64,000 bases of DNA from a virus. Location of the stretch: IMG/VR virus record IMGVR_UViG_3300045988_175656. One strand, 5' to 3'. Both the position numbers and the translations under genes were made by a program. The notes below the pieces were generated by a model. That model saw only the letters and a program-made list of their open reading frames with translations. It had not been told where the DNA came from and ran no database searches. Below, in pieces: positions 43,537-53,958 of the stretch; within the stretch, counting starts at the first letter, position 1, and each line of letters starts with the position of its first letter.

Positions 43537-45582
43537 ATGCCTAAAACACCTACAATATATCAAAAGTTGACCAAAGCCATGTTTGGTGGTGGTGTTCAAT
43601 TAAATAATTCTGATATGAATCAAAGTAAAAATGTAACTGTAAATTCATATCATATGAGTCCTAATTCTGATGATATTATATTCAGAACAAAAGATAAAGA
43701 AGAATACGAACAACAATTATTACAAAAGAAACAACAGAAATTATTAAATAATATGTGGGTTAAAGCTAATGTTCAATTAGCTAATAATTCATTAATGGGA
43801 CTAAACCCAATTAGAATGATGTATCGAGATGCTGACTTGATGGATGGTTTTCCAGAAATAGGTGCTGCATTAGATATTGTTGCTGAAGAATCTTGTGTGA
43901 TTAATGATAAATCAAATATTATTAATGTAACTTCTAAATCTGAACGTATTAAATCTATTTTAGAAGATTTATTTGTAAATCGTTTAGATATTCATGTTAT
44001 GTTGCCAATGATATGTCGTTCAATGTGTAAATATGGTAATAATTTTATGTTACTTAATGTTAATGACCAAAATGGCGTTATGGGATGGAAACAATTACCT
44101 GTATATGAAATGGAAAGATATGAATATGGAATGAATAACCCATATTCAACAACAAATTTAAATACTGATATTGGAGATGTTGATACATCAACTAAATTTG
44201 TTTGGGTTGGTCAAAATGAATACATTCCTTATCGAAATTGGCAGGTTGCTCATTTTAGATTACTTTATGATTCATTGTTTTTACCATATGGTATATCATA
44301 TTTAAACAAAGCCAGAAGACATTGGAGAATGTTATCTTTAATGGAAGATATGATGTTAATTTATCGTTTAGAACGTTCTGTTGAAAGACGTGTATATAAA
44401 ATATTTGTTGGAAATATTGATGATGCTGATGTACCTGCTTATGTTAATCAAATTGCTGATAATTTCAAACGTACCCCAATTGTAGACCCTGCAACTGGTC
44501 AAGTTGATTTAAGAAAAAATATTCTTGATGTTTCACAAGATATTTTCATTCCTGTTAGAGATGAAGCTGCGCCAAATCCAATTGACACACTACCAGCAGC
44601 ACAAAATTTAACAGCAATGGATGATATTAAATTTGTTCAAAATAAAGTATTAACAGCATTAAGAATGCCTAAAACATTTCTTAATTTTGAAGAAACAGCA
44701 GGAGATGGTAAAAACCTTTCATTAATGGATATTAGATTTACAAGAACTATATCTCGTATTCAACAAGCCTTGTTAATGGAATTAACTAAGATTGCTACAA
44801 TTCACCTATATTTATTAGGTTTTACTGATGATTTAACAAATTTTAATTTAACAATGAACAATCCATCTTCACAGGCTGAAATGATGGAAATTGAAAATCT
44901 AAGTAAAAAAATACAAGCGGCACAGATGGCTGTTGCTGACCCTGGAAATGGTATTCCAATTATGTCTTGGACAGGTGCATTAAAGAAAATTATGAAATGG
45001 GATGATAATGAAATTAGCGAAAACTTAAAAGAAATAAGACTTGAAAGGGCATTAGCAATGGAATTAATTAAAACATCTCAAATTATTAAGAAAACAGGTC
45101 TATTTGACCCAGTTGACCGATTATATGGAGAACCTGGTGCTGAATATTCTGAAGGTAATCCTGAAGAAGAAGGTATGGCAGGTGAAGCTGGTGGAAGTGC
45201 AGGTGGAACACCTGATTTTGGTGGCGATATTAGCGGTGGAATTGGTGATATGGAAGGTGAAGATGTAGGACAAGAAGGAGAAATGCCAATGACTGATGCT
45301 ATGAAAGATGAAAGTGGTAACAATGCTAATGTACAAGAGCCTAATCTTGGAGAAATGATTACCAAACATTTAAGTGGCACTTTACTATCAGAAAAGAAAA
45401 GAGTAATGGAAGATATTAAGAAAAAACAAGAAAAATATTATAACATATATTTAGACCATTTATATAAGAAAGAAACAATAAAAGAAGAAAAAGAAAGAAC
45501 TCCTATTATTGATAAAACTTTTTTAGTAAATCAAGAGCTTAATGATATTGCTGAGGAACTAGAGAAACATATAAACAAATAA
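43537..45582 (+). CDS. portal protein
   Basis: 681 aa, immediately after terL in a T4-like gene order, with an acidic/Gly-rich C-terminal tail. The assignment rests on position and size only. Confidence 0.6.
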   Translation: MPKTPTIYQKLTKAMFGGGVQLNNSDMNQSKNVTVNSYHMSPNSDDIIFRTKDKEEYEQQLLQKKQQKLLNNMWVKANVQLANNSLMGLNPIRMMYRDADLMDGFPEIGAALDIVAEESCVINDKSNIINVTSKSERIKSILEDLFVNRLDIHVMLPMICRSMCKYGNNFMLLNVNDQNGVMGWKQLPVYEMERYEYGMNNPYSTTNLNTDIGDVDTSTKFVWVGQNEYIPYRNWQVAHFRLLYDSLFLPYGISYLNKARRHWRMLSLMEDMMLIYRLERSVERRVYKIFVGNIDDADVPAYVNQIADNFKRTPIVDPATGQVDLRKNILDVSQDIFIPVRDEAAPNPIDTLPAAQNLTAMDDIKFVQNKVLTALRMPKTFLNFEETAGDGKNLSLMDIRFTRTISRIQQALLMELTKIATIHLYLLGFTDDLTNFNLTMNNPSSQAEMMEIENLSKKIQAAQMAVADPGNGIPIMSWTGALKKIMKWDDNEISENLKEIRLERALAMELIKTSQIIKKTGLFDPVDRLYGEPGAEYSEGNPEEEGMAGEAGGSAGGTPDFGGDISGGIGDMEGEDVGQEGEMPMTDAMKDESGNNANVQEPNLGEMITKHLSGTLLSEKKRVMEDIKKKQEKYYNIYLDHLYKKETIKEEKERTPIIDKTFLVNQELNDIAEELEKHINK

Positions 45583-45596
45583 CTAAACTAATAAAT

Positions 45597-45630
45597 AAAA
45601 GCCTATGTAACAGTAGGCTTTTATTATTTT
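45597..45630 (+). terminator. rho-independent terminator
   Basis: Stem aaaagccta/taggctttt followed by a T-rich tail. Confidence 0.65.
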
Positions 45631-45662
45631 GGATTAATATTTATATTAAAAAATAATTTATT

Positions 45663-46622
45663 ATGAACGAAAATTTGCAGAAAGCAGAAGAATTAATGAA
45701 ACAAGCATTAATTGCTTATCATAATGGAAATTTTGAGCAAGGAGATTTATTAAGACAAAAATCTAATGAATTATTTGATTTAGGAAAAAATGATATAGAA
45801 AATACACAAAATAATATCAGTAGTTTATACGGAGAAAATAAAAACTTTGGTATCATTCATAAAGTATTTGAAAGCAATTCACCTGAATTATATAAATCAA
45901 AAAGTGGACGTAAAGTGATTGCTTCTTATATTAAGACAATCAAAGAAGATAAAAATCTTTTATCTCAATTTCAATTATATAATACATTGTATAATGTACA
46001 TGATTTAGCTGATAGTGAAAAATTTGTCAATGAAGCTTTATCTATAATTCCAAATCTTAAATTAAATGATGTATTAGAATCAAATCAAAAATTAATTGAT
46101 ATTATACAAAAAAATAATTTAAACGAAGAAATTGAAATTGATGATAAAACTGAAAATTTATTTGAATCAATTGAATATGTGATAACAAATAAAAAAACTT
46201 TCAAAACATTAGCTGGCTACATTAATGCAACAAGTAATATCACATCTTTTATTAATGAAAATAAAAACAACAATAGTAATTTAATTGATGAAAACCAAGA
46301 TATTGATATTACATTAGATGGTTTCTTACATGAAATGGAAGAAAAATATAGTAATGTACTAACTGAAGAAGAAAAAACATTTGTACAAGAATTGGTTGAT
46401 GCTAAATCAGATTCAAAAACTGAAAAACAAAAAAAGATATTTACCAAATGCAAAAATGAAGCTTTAGAAGCTATTAATGACGTTCTAAGAGAAGCTGAAG
46501 GTAATGTTAAGGAAAAACTATTATCTATCAAAGAACGTGTTTTAAATAGAGAATTTAGCGAATCTTCTTTAGTAAAAGATGTAGCTGAAATGTTAGAAAT
46601 AAAAGACACATTAAGCGAATAG
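45663..46622 (+). CDS. hypothetical head-module protein
   Basis: 319-aa ORF. No motif recognised. Confidence 0.55.
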   Translation: MNENLQKAEELMKQALIAYHNGNFEQGDLLRQKSNELFDLGKNDIENTQNNISSLYGENKNFGIIHKVFESNSPELYKSKSGRKVIASYIKTIKEDKNLLSQFQLYNTLYNVHDLADSEKFVNEALSIIPNLKLNDVLESNQKLIDIIQKNNLNEEIEIDDKTENLFESIEYVITNKKTFKTLAGYINATSNITSFINENKNNNSNLIDENQDIDITLDGFLHEMEEKYSNVLTEEEKTFVQELVDAKSDSKTEKQKKIFTKCKNEALEAINDVLREAEGNVKEKLLSIKERVLNREFSESSLVKDVAEMLEIKDTLSE

Positions 46623-46626
46623 TAAT

Positions 46627-48354
46627 ATGACAGCATATGAACGTTTTCAAAAAGACCAGACATTTCGTTATAGAATTATCGGAATGTTAGCTCAACAAGG
46701 GTATATCTTTCATGGCACTAATGAAAAATTTGATGCTTTTGATTCAAATCAAATTAAGGGTGGTAGTAGAGGAAGAGAGGGATATGGAGCATATTTCACT
46801 AATGAAGCTTACAAAGCTGAAGAATATGGTAACGAATTTGTGATATTATCAACTAAAGGTATGAATATTGTTGATAGTAATAATACCTTTAGCCAATTAA
46901 ATATTATATCACCATATGACATAAGAAATAGAATTGAACAATTAAATTATCAATTGGATTATGTTAGAAATAATCGTAATTATAATGCCATTAATAATGA
47001 AATTGAACAATATAAAACTTATTTAAATAAGTTATTATCAGGTATTGCCTATAATGATTATGAATTATTATCAACATATGACTTTAAACCATTAAACGGT
47101 GATTCAACAATCTATAAAATTTTGTCTTTTGCTTATACTAAATTATCTTCAACAGGTATGAAAAGCATTAGTCAAATATTACTTAATATGGGAATTGATG
47201 GTTATATTATTGGAAATGTTTATGTTATCATCAATTTTGAAAAATTAAATAATAATATTGTTAAAGATAAAGAAAGTCTTATCAATAGTATGATAAATGA
47301 AAATAAAATGAAAAAAGTTGTTACTTTAAAAAGAAAAGATGTAAATGAAATGGTAGAATCTATTATTTCTAGAATATTGATGGAGAATAGTAATGAATGT
47401 GGAATGGCTGAAGCTGATAATCCAGATACTTCATCTGAAGAAAGAAGAGATAATAATTCACATTATGCTGTTGATAAAAACGGCAAAATATTAATGGGAT
47501 GGGACCACGGAGATAAAGAGCCTGACCAATTAAAAAAATATCCAGAAAATTACTTTTGGAAAGATGTAAAAGATTTAGGAGTTGACCCTTATAGTGTTAA
47601 AATACATACTAAAGGATGGTTGGAAAAACATGGTTTAGACCCAAATAATGAAAATAATTGGGATAGAACACATACATCAAACAAAGGTAGCGTTGATTTC
47701 AATGAAGGTGATGAAAAAGAAGATTTATTAAAAAAAGCTGATAACGCACATTCTTGGAATAAATTTGACCGTATGGTAGCCAATAATAGCACCAAAAATA
47801 GGGGGAAAGTAAGTCCAACCAACCATTATGGAGATGAAAATTTGAATGTTCATGATGACAAAGGTAAAATGGCTATGGCAGTCATGCATCCCTCTCCTGT
47901 TATATCTAATATGGCAAAGAAAATGACTGGCTCAACAATGAATTCAATTGAGAACGAAGGTGTAAATGAGGAATTACATGATGTTATACACAAAGAAGGA
48001 GATGATTGGAAAATTAGAGGACATAAAGGAAAAGGGGACAATGAAAAAGATGGTGATTGGAAAGCAAATTACAAATCAAAAGCATCTGCTGAAGCCGCAT
48101 TAAGAGGTTATTTTGCACAAAAAGAATCAAAAAATAAAAAAGGTAATAAAATAGATGAAGCCACATATGATATGACTGACAATGGAGATGAACAATCAGC
48201 ATTGTTAAAAGAAATATCTAAATTATGTGATTTTGGTATTGATATGACTGAAAAAGGAAATGTAACTTCTGCTGGTGGCGCATTTATTCAAATAAAAGAA
48301 TTGGCTCATAAAATTTATTTGTCTAATAAAGATAATGCAGTTTATTCATATTAA
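46627..48354 (+). CDS. head-module protein with N-terminal ADP-ribosyltransferase-like (H-Y-E clade) motifs
   Basis: YIFHGTNEKF...GREGYGAYFTNEAYKAEEYG resembles the PARP/ART H-G-[ST] and G-x-G-x-Y-F-[AT] motifs. The rest is a charged, low-complexity region. Confidence 0.35.
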   Translation: MTAYERFQKDQTFRYRIIGMLAQQGYIFHGTNEKFDAFDSNQIKGGSRGREGYGAYFTNEAYKAEEYGNEFVILSTKGMNIVDSNNTFSQLNIISPYDIRNRIEQLNYQLDYVRNNRNYNAINNEIEQYKTYLNKLLSGIAYNDYELLSTYDFKPLNGDSTIYKILSFAYTKLSSTGMKSISQILLNMGIDGYIIGNVYVIINFEKLNNNIVKDKESLINSMINENKMKKVVTLKRKDVNEMVESIISRILMENSNECGMAEADNPDTSSEERRDNNSHYAVDKNGKILMGWDHGDKEPDQLKKYPENYFWKDVKDLGVDPYSVKIHTKGWLEKHGLDPNNENNWDRTHTSNKGSVDFNEGDEKEDLLKKADNAHSWNKFDRMVANNSTKNRGKVSPTNHYGDENLNVHDDKGKMAMAVMHPSPVISNMAKKMTGSTMNSIENEGVNEELHDVIHKEGDDWKIRGHKGKGDNEKDGDWKANYKSKASAEAALRGYFAQKESKNKKGNKIDEATYDMTDNGDEQSALLKEISKLCDFGIDMTEKGNVTSAGGAFIQIKELAHKIYLSNKDNAVYSY

Positions 48355-48386
48355 AAAAAAATCTTTAAAACTATTGACTTTTTTGA

Positions 48387-48415
48387 TTTTTAACATATAT
48401 TATATATGTTAAAAA
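48387..48415. repeat. perfect 29-bp palindrome
   Basis: tttttaacatatat-t-atatatgttaaaaa, with 14-bp arms around a single central T. It lies between the stop at 48354 and the start at 48427. Confidence 0.9.
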
Positions 48416-48426
48416 TATATTAAGAA

Positions 48427-48867
48427 ATGAAACGTTTAAATAAAGAATATAATATGGATATTAATCCAAGTTTTAAAACTAAATATGGTTCAACGAATCA
48501 TAAAAAACCAGAGGTGATATATATTGTTGGGAATACATATATATCACCTTCTTTTGAGTCTAATGATTATGTAAGTGAAGTTAATGAATTAAAAACTTCA
48601 TATAATAAATTGGTTAGTGAATTAATATCTGAGTATAGTTCAATATTTGATAAAAACTGTATATTTGATATTGATGTGTGCGATAATAGAATAAAAAAGG
48701 GCAAAAAAACATTTTTAACTTTTGAATTATATCTTAAACAAAAAGATTGTAAACAATTGCCTGAAATAGAATCAATAATTAAAAACATATCCATTAATTT
48801 AACTTACAACTTTAAAGAAAAACTATACACTAAAAATTTCTTATGTTTTAGAAATAAAAAATCTTAA
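48427..48867 (+). CDS. hypothetical protein
   Basis: 146-aa ORF. Confidence 0.5.
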   Translation: MKRLNKEYNMDINPSFKTKYGSTNHKKPEVIYIVGNTYISPSFESNDYVSEVNELKTSYNKLVSELISEYSSIFDKNCIFDIDVCDNRIKKGKKTFLTFELYLKQKDCKQLPEIESIIKNISINLTYNFKEKLYTKNFLCFRNKKS

Positions 48868-48994
48868 AATGTTTGCATTTTAGAAAAAAATTTATATAAC
48901 TATATACTAGTTTTATATATTATAATATATTATATAATATACTAGTAATACTATTTATTTTGATAAAAACAAATTTTTTATCTTAATATTATTT

Positions 48995-49020
48995 AAAAGC
49001 CTGATATATATCAGGCTTTT
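48995..49020 (+). terminator. rho-independent terminator
   Basis: Stem aaaagcctgata/tatcaggctttt. Confidence 0.65.
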
Positions 49021-49059
49021 GTAATTTTACAAATATATTTATTGTTAAAAAATACTTTA

Positions 49060-49776
49060 ATGAATAATAAAATAGAGCTTATAGAAATAAAGAGAAATCA
49101 AACAGGTTCAGGTATTCTAATTGAAAACGATGGATATATATCTGCATCAATAGATGGTAACAAAAGATTGTTTGAAACTTTAAGAGAGGGCTTTGAAAAT
49201 AATAATGAATGGAAAGTTCCTAATCCTTTTATTGTTAGTGCTGTATTCCAAAAATATGGTATTAAAAATGCTAATGGTAGAATTTATCCTGAACAAGTAT
49301 TAAAAAGACAAGTTGATGAATATTTGTCTAAAATAAGAGATAACAGTTCATTTGGGGAACTTAATCATCCTTCTTCTTCATCAATTGATGGTGGAAGAAT
49401 TTCTCATATTATACGTGAACTTCACTGGGAAGGTCATACTTTAGTTGGTAAAATTGAATTACACTTATCCCCTGGATATATTAAATTTGGTGTTATTTCA
49501 ACTATGGGTGATATGGCTGCAAACTTATTACTTTCAGGCTATAAAATTGGTGTATCATCAAGAGGTGTTGGTTCTGTTGACCAAAACAGAATGGGACAAT
49601 ATGTTGTTGGAGATGATTTTGAACTTGTATGTTGGGATATTGTTACTGACCCTTCAACACCTGGAGCGTGGATTGCTCCTGATATGGCAGATTTAAAGCC
49701 TTATATGGAAAATAAAACCGATAAAGATATATCACTTTTAGAAAAGATTGATAAAATCAGTTCTTTACTGTTGTAA
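49060..49776 (+). CDS. T4 gp21-like prohead core protease
   Basis: NGRIYPEQVLKRQV, FGELNHP, IGVSSRGVGSV and DPSTPGAWI parallel the T4 gp21 blocks as I recall them (RLYP..., GELNHP, GVSSRGLGS, PSAPDAWV). I chose the ATG at 49060 over the TTG at 49042. Confidence 0.8.
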   Translation: MNNKIELIEIKRNQTGSGILIENDGYISASIDGNKRLFETLREGFENNNEWKVPNPFIVSAVFQKYGIKNANGRIYPEQVLKRQVDEYLSKIRDNSSFGELNHPSSSSIDGGRISHIIRELHWEGHTLVGKIELHLSPGYIKFGVISTMGDMAANLLLSGYKIGVSSRGVGSVDQNRMGQYVVGDDFELVCWDIVTDPSTPGAWIAPDMADLKPYMENKTDKDISLLEKIDKISSLLL

Positions 49777-49850
49777 TGGAATCTAAATCAATACTTTCAA
49801 AAAAGAAAGAATATTTATTATTAAAATAAAATAGTTAATTCATTTCGAAA

Positions 49851-51362
49851 ATGAAAAAAGAATCTAAAATAAGAAGCCCATTTGTAAAAAATGTAATGGA
49901 AGATAGAGAAAAAATGGAAAGTATCATTCGTGAAACTACTAAATCTTCTTTACATGGTATATTGGAAGAAGCTGTAAAAAACGAACTAAATAACTTAATC
50001 AACGAAGCTGATGAAAGTGATTATGAAGAACAAGAAGTAGATGATACTGTCACTACTACTGATAATGATTCTGATGACTCTATTGAAACATCAACTGAAA
50101 CAGATTTCGACACTACAACTGATGATGGTGACACTGAAGGTATGGAAGGTGGCGAAGAAGAATTCGGTTTTGATGACGCTGAAGGTGTCGATGACAATGG
50201 CGAAGATGAATGGAGTCAATTTGATGATTATAAAGGAGAAGATGGCACGTATGACTTCACACAAGCAGATAGTGATACATTCATAAAAGTTTATAAACTT
50301 TTAAAAGATGATGACCAAGTAGCTATTCAGAAAGATGAAAGTGGAAATACTCATATTACTGATAATGAAACTGGTAGTGAATACATGATTGTATCAGATG
50401 ATAGTGCTGCTGAAGGAATGGAAAGTGGAGAAGGATTAGAAGGAACAGAAGAAGCCTTTACAACTGATGATGCTGAAGGTGAAACTTATTCTATGGATGA
50501 CATTGCTAGTCAAGAAAGTGATGATGACATGGATGAAGAAACTGTTTTTGAAATTGCATTACATGATGATGACGATGAAGAAGTAAACGAAGAAAATTTA
50601 GGTTACACAACAGATTATCAAAAGAAAACTGCAATGACAACTCCAAGTAATGCTGAACCTGCTAAAGCATCACAAACTTACTCAATGGATAAAGGTGTTC
50701 CAACTGGAACTGAAAAACCTTGGGTTGGTAATGCAGGAAATATGAAACCTTTTGATGAAGAAGATGAAACTAAAGAGGATGAAGATAATATTAATGAAGA
50801 AGATGAACAAGTAGAAGAAGGTACTAATGTTGGTGGTTTTGTGCAACAAAATACGACTAGTAAATCACATGTTCCTAATTCGTCTGGCAGAAGTGCTAGA
50901 AATGCAAGTATTGCAGGTAAAAAAGTAAAAAGTACTGCTCAACCTCGTTATTCTGGAGTTGCTGAAGATGTAATGCGTAAAGCAAATGCAATCTGGGAAG
51001 AAAACAAACAACTTAAAAAAGAATTAGTTTCAATCAAAGAATCATTGAAAGAAGCTGTTGTGTTAAACTATAATTTAGGTCAAATTACTAAATTATTTAC
51101 AGAAAATACAACAACAAGAGAAGAAAAAATCAATATAATTAAACGTTTTGGTAGCGAAGCAAAATCTGTTGAAGATAGTAAAAAGTTATACGAATCTGTT
51201 TCAAGAGAATTGAAAAAAGTGAACCAATTAAATGGTGTTAATAATATTGATAAACAGTTAAGTGAATCTAAAAGTACTAATTTATTGGTAGAAACACCAA
51301 TTTATCAATCGGATGACCTTACTGAATCGTTAAATTTAATGAAACGTCTTAATAATTTATAA
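49851..51362 (+). CDS. scaffolding (prohead core) protein
   Basis: Extremely acidic D/E-rich centre with a helical C-terminus. It lies between the protease and the major capsid protein, like T4 gp22. Confidence 0.65.
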   Translation: MKKESKIRSPFVKNVMEDREKMESIIRETTKSSLHGILEEAVKNELNNLINEADESDYEEQEVDDTVTTTDNDSDDSIETSTETDFDTTTDDGDTEGMEGGEEEFGFDDAEGVDDNGEDEWSQFDDYKGEDGTYDFTQADSDTFIKVYKLLKDDDQVAIQKDESGNTHITDNETGSEYMIVSDDSAAEGMESGEGLEGTEEAFTTDDAEGETYSMDDIASQESDDDMDEETVFEIALHDDDDEEVNEENLGYTTDYQKKTAMTTPSNAEPAKASQTYSMDKGVPTGTEKPWVGNAGNMKPFDEEDETKEDEDNINEEDEQVEEGTNVGGFVQQNTTSKSHVPNSSGRSARNASIAGKKVKSTAQPRYSGVAEDVMRKANAIWEENKQLKKELVSIKESLKEAVVLNYNLGQITKLFTENTTTREEKINIIKRFGSEAKSVEDSKKLYESVSRELKKVNQLNGVNNIDKQLSESKSTNLLVETPIYQSDDLTESLNLMKRLNNL

Positions 51363-51433
51363 TTAATAGATGAATTTCTGAAATTTAACTAATATTTATA
51401 TTTAAAAATAACTAAAATACAAATTCTAATATA

Positions 51434-53395
51434 ATGAGAGAATTTTTAGCAAGTGGTGCAGTCGGTAAAATCGAATACGATGCACAAAAGAAAATTAGAC
51501 AAGATATTCAAGAAAGATGGGAACGCTTAGGATTCGTTGATGGATTGCAAGGTCACATTAAAGAAAACATTGCAACTCTATACGAAAATGAAGCAAAACA
51601 CTTAATATATGAAGCAACTGCTTCTGATAACTCAGGTTCTTTTGAAACTGTTGTATTCCCTATCATCAGACGTGTATTCTCTAAACTTTTAGCGAATGAC
51701 ATTGTTTCTGTACAAGCAATGAACTTACCAATCGGTAAATTGTTCTTCATTTTACCTGTTACTTCAGAAAGACAATGGGATTACCAAGTTCCTGGTCAAA
51801 TTACTGATGGTGACACAGGTTCTCATGTAGGTTTAATGGGTTATGACCGTGTAGATAGAAATTTAGACGGTGCTGTTACTCCACGTTATTACTTACCTGA
51901 TGAAGTAGTTCAAGGTATTGAAAGTAAATGGGTTGATATGGTAACTGGTACTGAATATGCAACTGTTGAAGCAGGTGTAGCAGCAGGTGTTCCAGCAACT
52001 CGTTTAAGAAAAGTTGGTCCTGAAGTTACTCAATACATGAAAAAAACCTTATATGATTTATTCTATAATGACTTCTTGTTTGATAACTCAAAAGGTAAAA
52101 TCACAATTAAAGTTGGTGGTGCTGTTCCTGTAATATTGAACGCAGCTGGTGAATTTGATTTAGCTAACATAGCAACTTACCCAACTAACGGTTTAGATGG
52201 CTCTTTAAGAAATATTATATTAAAAGTTACAGGATTTAGTTCATTTAATGCAGGTCGTTTAACAGGTCCTGATGGTAATGAAATGGACACTGAAGCTTTC
52301 TTAGCTTCTTTAAAAGTAGTATCTCAAAAAGCTATTGCTGATGCAGACGACAAAGGTTATTCAACTTTTGCTGCATATGAATCAATTCCATTTAGATTAA
52401 TGACTCAAAAATATGGTGCAGGTATTGTTGATTATACTTCAATATGTGATGCCAAAGGTGAATTATTCTTGGAATTAGATTTAACAAAACCAGTTAAAGA
52501 CCAAGGTAAAACTTTAGATGGCTATATTGGTGTTAACCCTAACGCATTTTCAGGTGTAACAGGTGCAACAGAAGAAGAAATGGCAGCAGCTATTAAAGAT
52601 TTATTTAAAATCGCTTGGGCACAATATGATTCATTAGAATTAGAAACTGAAATTGGTGAAGTATCTTTCAAATTAGATTCTGTAACTGTATCAGTTGAAG
52701 AAAGAAAATTAAGAGCTACTTGGTCTCCTGAATTAGCACAAGACGTTTCTGCATTCCACAATATTGATGCTGAAGCTGAATTAACAGCTATCTTATCAGA
52801 ACAAATTGCAGCAGAAGTTGACCGTGAAATCTTACGTGACTTGCGTAAAGCTGCTCCTTGGCAAGCTCGTTGGGATGTAAATGGTTGGAAACGTCAAGCA
52901 GCGTTCTCTACTAACTACACTCAAAAAGACTGGAACCAAGAGTTAGTGACTAAAATCAATCAGATTTCAGCACAAATCCAAAAATCAACATTGAGAGGTG
53001 GAGCTAACTTCATTGTTGTTTCTTCAGAAATTTCAGCATTGTTCAATAACTTAGAATACTTCCACGTAACTGATGCATCTGCTGAATCTGACCAATACAA
53101 CATGGGTATTGAAAGAATTGGTTCATTACAAGGTCGTTACCAAGTAATTGTTGACCCATATTCTCCACACTGGTCTATGATTATTGGACACCACGGTAAA
53201 TCATTGTTAGATACAGGTTATATCTACGCACCATATGTACCTATGGCTTTAACTCCAACAATGTATAACCCATTCAACTTTGCTCCAATCAAAGGTATTG
53301 TAACTCGTTATGCTAAGAAATTAGTAAACAACCGTTACTATGGACATATTAAAGTTGATGGTTTAACTACTTGGAACATCAATGAATTAAGATAA
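51434..53395 (+). CDS. major capsid protein, T4 gp23-like
   Basis: FPIIRRVFSKLLANDIVSVQAMNLPIGKLFF parallels T4 gp23 MGMVRRAIPNLIAFDICGVQPMNSPTGQVFAL. Codon usage looks typical of a highly expressed gene, a strong terminator follows, and the gene sits after the protease and scaffold. Confidence 0.85.
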   Translation: MREFLASGAVGKIEYDAQKKIRQDIQERWERLGFVDGLQGHIKENIATLYENEAKHLIYEATASDNSGSFETVVFPIIRRVFSKLLANDIVSVQAMNLPIGKLFFILPVTSERQWDYQVPGQITDGDTGSHVGLMGYDRVDRNLDGAVTPRYYLPDEVVQGIESKWVDMVTGTEYATVEAGVAAGVPATRLRKVGPEVTQYMKKTLYDLFYNDFLFDNSKGKITIKVGGAVPVILNAAGEFDLANIATYPTNGLDGSLRNIILKVTGFSSFNAGRLTGPDGNEMDTEAFLASLKVVSQKAIADADDKGYSTFAAYESIPFRLMTQKYGAGIVDYTSICDAKGELFLELDLTKPVKDQGKTLDGYIGVNPNAFSGVTGATEEEMAAAIKDLFKIAWAQYDSLELETEIGEVSFKLDSVTVSVEERKLRATWSPELAQDVSAFHNIDAEAELTAILSEQIAAEVDREILRDLRKAAPWQARWDVNGWKRQAAFSTNYTQKDWNQELVTKINQISAQIQKSTLRGGANFIVVSSEISALFNNLEYFHVTDASAESDQYNMGIERIGSLQGRYQVIVDPYSPHWSMIIGHHGKSLLDTGYIYAPYVPMALTPTMYNPFNFAPIKGIVTRYAKKLVNNRYYGHIKVDGLTTWNINELR

Positions 53396-53415
53396 TCTTA
53401 ATTGCATATACACAG

Positions 53416-53446
53416 AAAAAGGCTTAGAATATTCTAAGCCTTTTTT
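53416..53446 (+). terminator. strong rho-independent terminator after the capsid gene
   Basis: Stem ggcttagaat/attctaagcc followed by T6. Confidence 0.8.
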
Positions 53447-53478
53447 ATTTTAATGTGTGTTTTAATATTTATTAATAA

Positions 53479-53928
53479 ATGATTTATAATAACATGAAAA
53501 GTATTAAATTAACTAAAAAAGACATAAAACAGATTGCAGAATCTTGTGTTAAAAATATATTAAAAGAAGATTTTTTTCAAAATAATATGAATAACCAATA
53601 TGATAATGATGAAGAAGAGTTTGAAACAGATAATGAACCTTATTTTAGTCAACAAGATAATCATAGAAACATTCTAATTTATTTAAATAATATTTGTAAG
53701 GGGATAGGTGGTAGTACTGATTATTATGATGGATATTATGTACTTAATGAAAAAGAAGATTTAATACAAATTATGTTAAGTTTTAATCCTAATAATGGTG
53801 AATTATATGTGTATGATGTGGAAATTGCTAAAAATATTGGCAATGAAATACCAGAAACTATTAATGCGTTCAATTGGGGTAGTAAAGCACTTACATTGTT
53901 ATCAACAAAACCATTTAAAGCACAATAA
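53479..53928 (+). CDS. hypothetical protein
   Basis: 149-aa ORF. The start may instead be Met6 (53494). Confidence 0.5.
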   Translation: MIYNNMKSIKLTKKDIKQIAESCVKNILKEDFFQNNMNNQYDNDEEEFETDNEPYFSQQDNHRNILIYLNNICKGIGGSTDYYDGYYVLNEKEDLIQIMLSFNPNNGELYVYDVEIAKNIGNEIPETINAFNWGSKALTLLSTKPFKAQ

Positions 53929-53958
53929 AAAAGGTGAGAATTAATTCTCACCTTTTTT
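53926..53958. terminator. bidirectional terminator
   Basis: aaaaaAGGTGAGAAttaaTTCTCACCTttttt. The stop codon of the minus-strand gene lies in the loop. Confidence 0.75.

Noticed and set aside
45078-45380. Antisense ORFs (45078..45380-, 45121..45369-) in the portal 3' region.
   Set aside because: They are caused by the locally GC-richer Gly/Glu/Ala-rich portal tail, and they are nested in a gene with good context.
49060-49776. This protease as the missing ClpP partner for the Clp unfoldases.
   Set aside because: Its motifs (GELNHP, GVSSRG) and its position between portal and scaffold/capsid match a T4 gp21-type prohead protease. It has no ClpP Ser-His-Asp signature.
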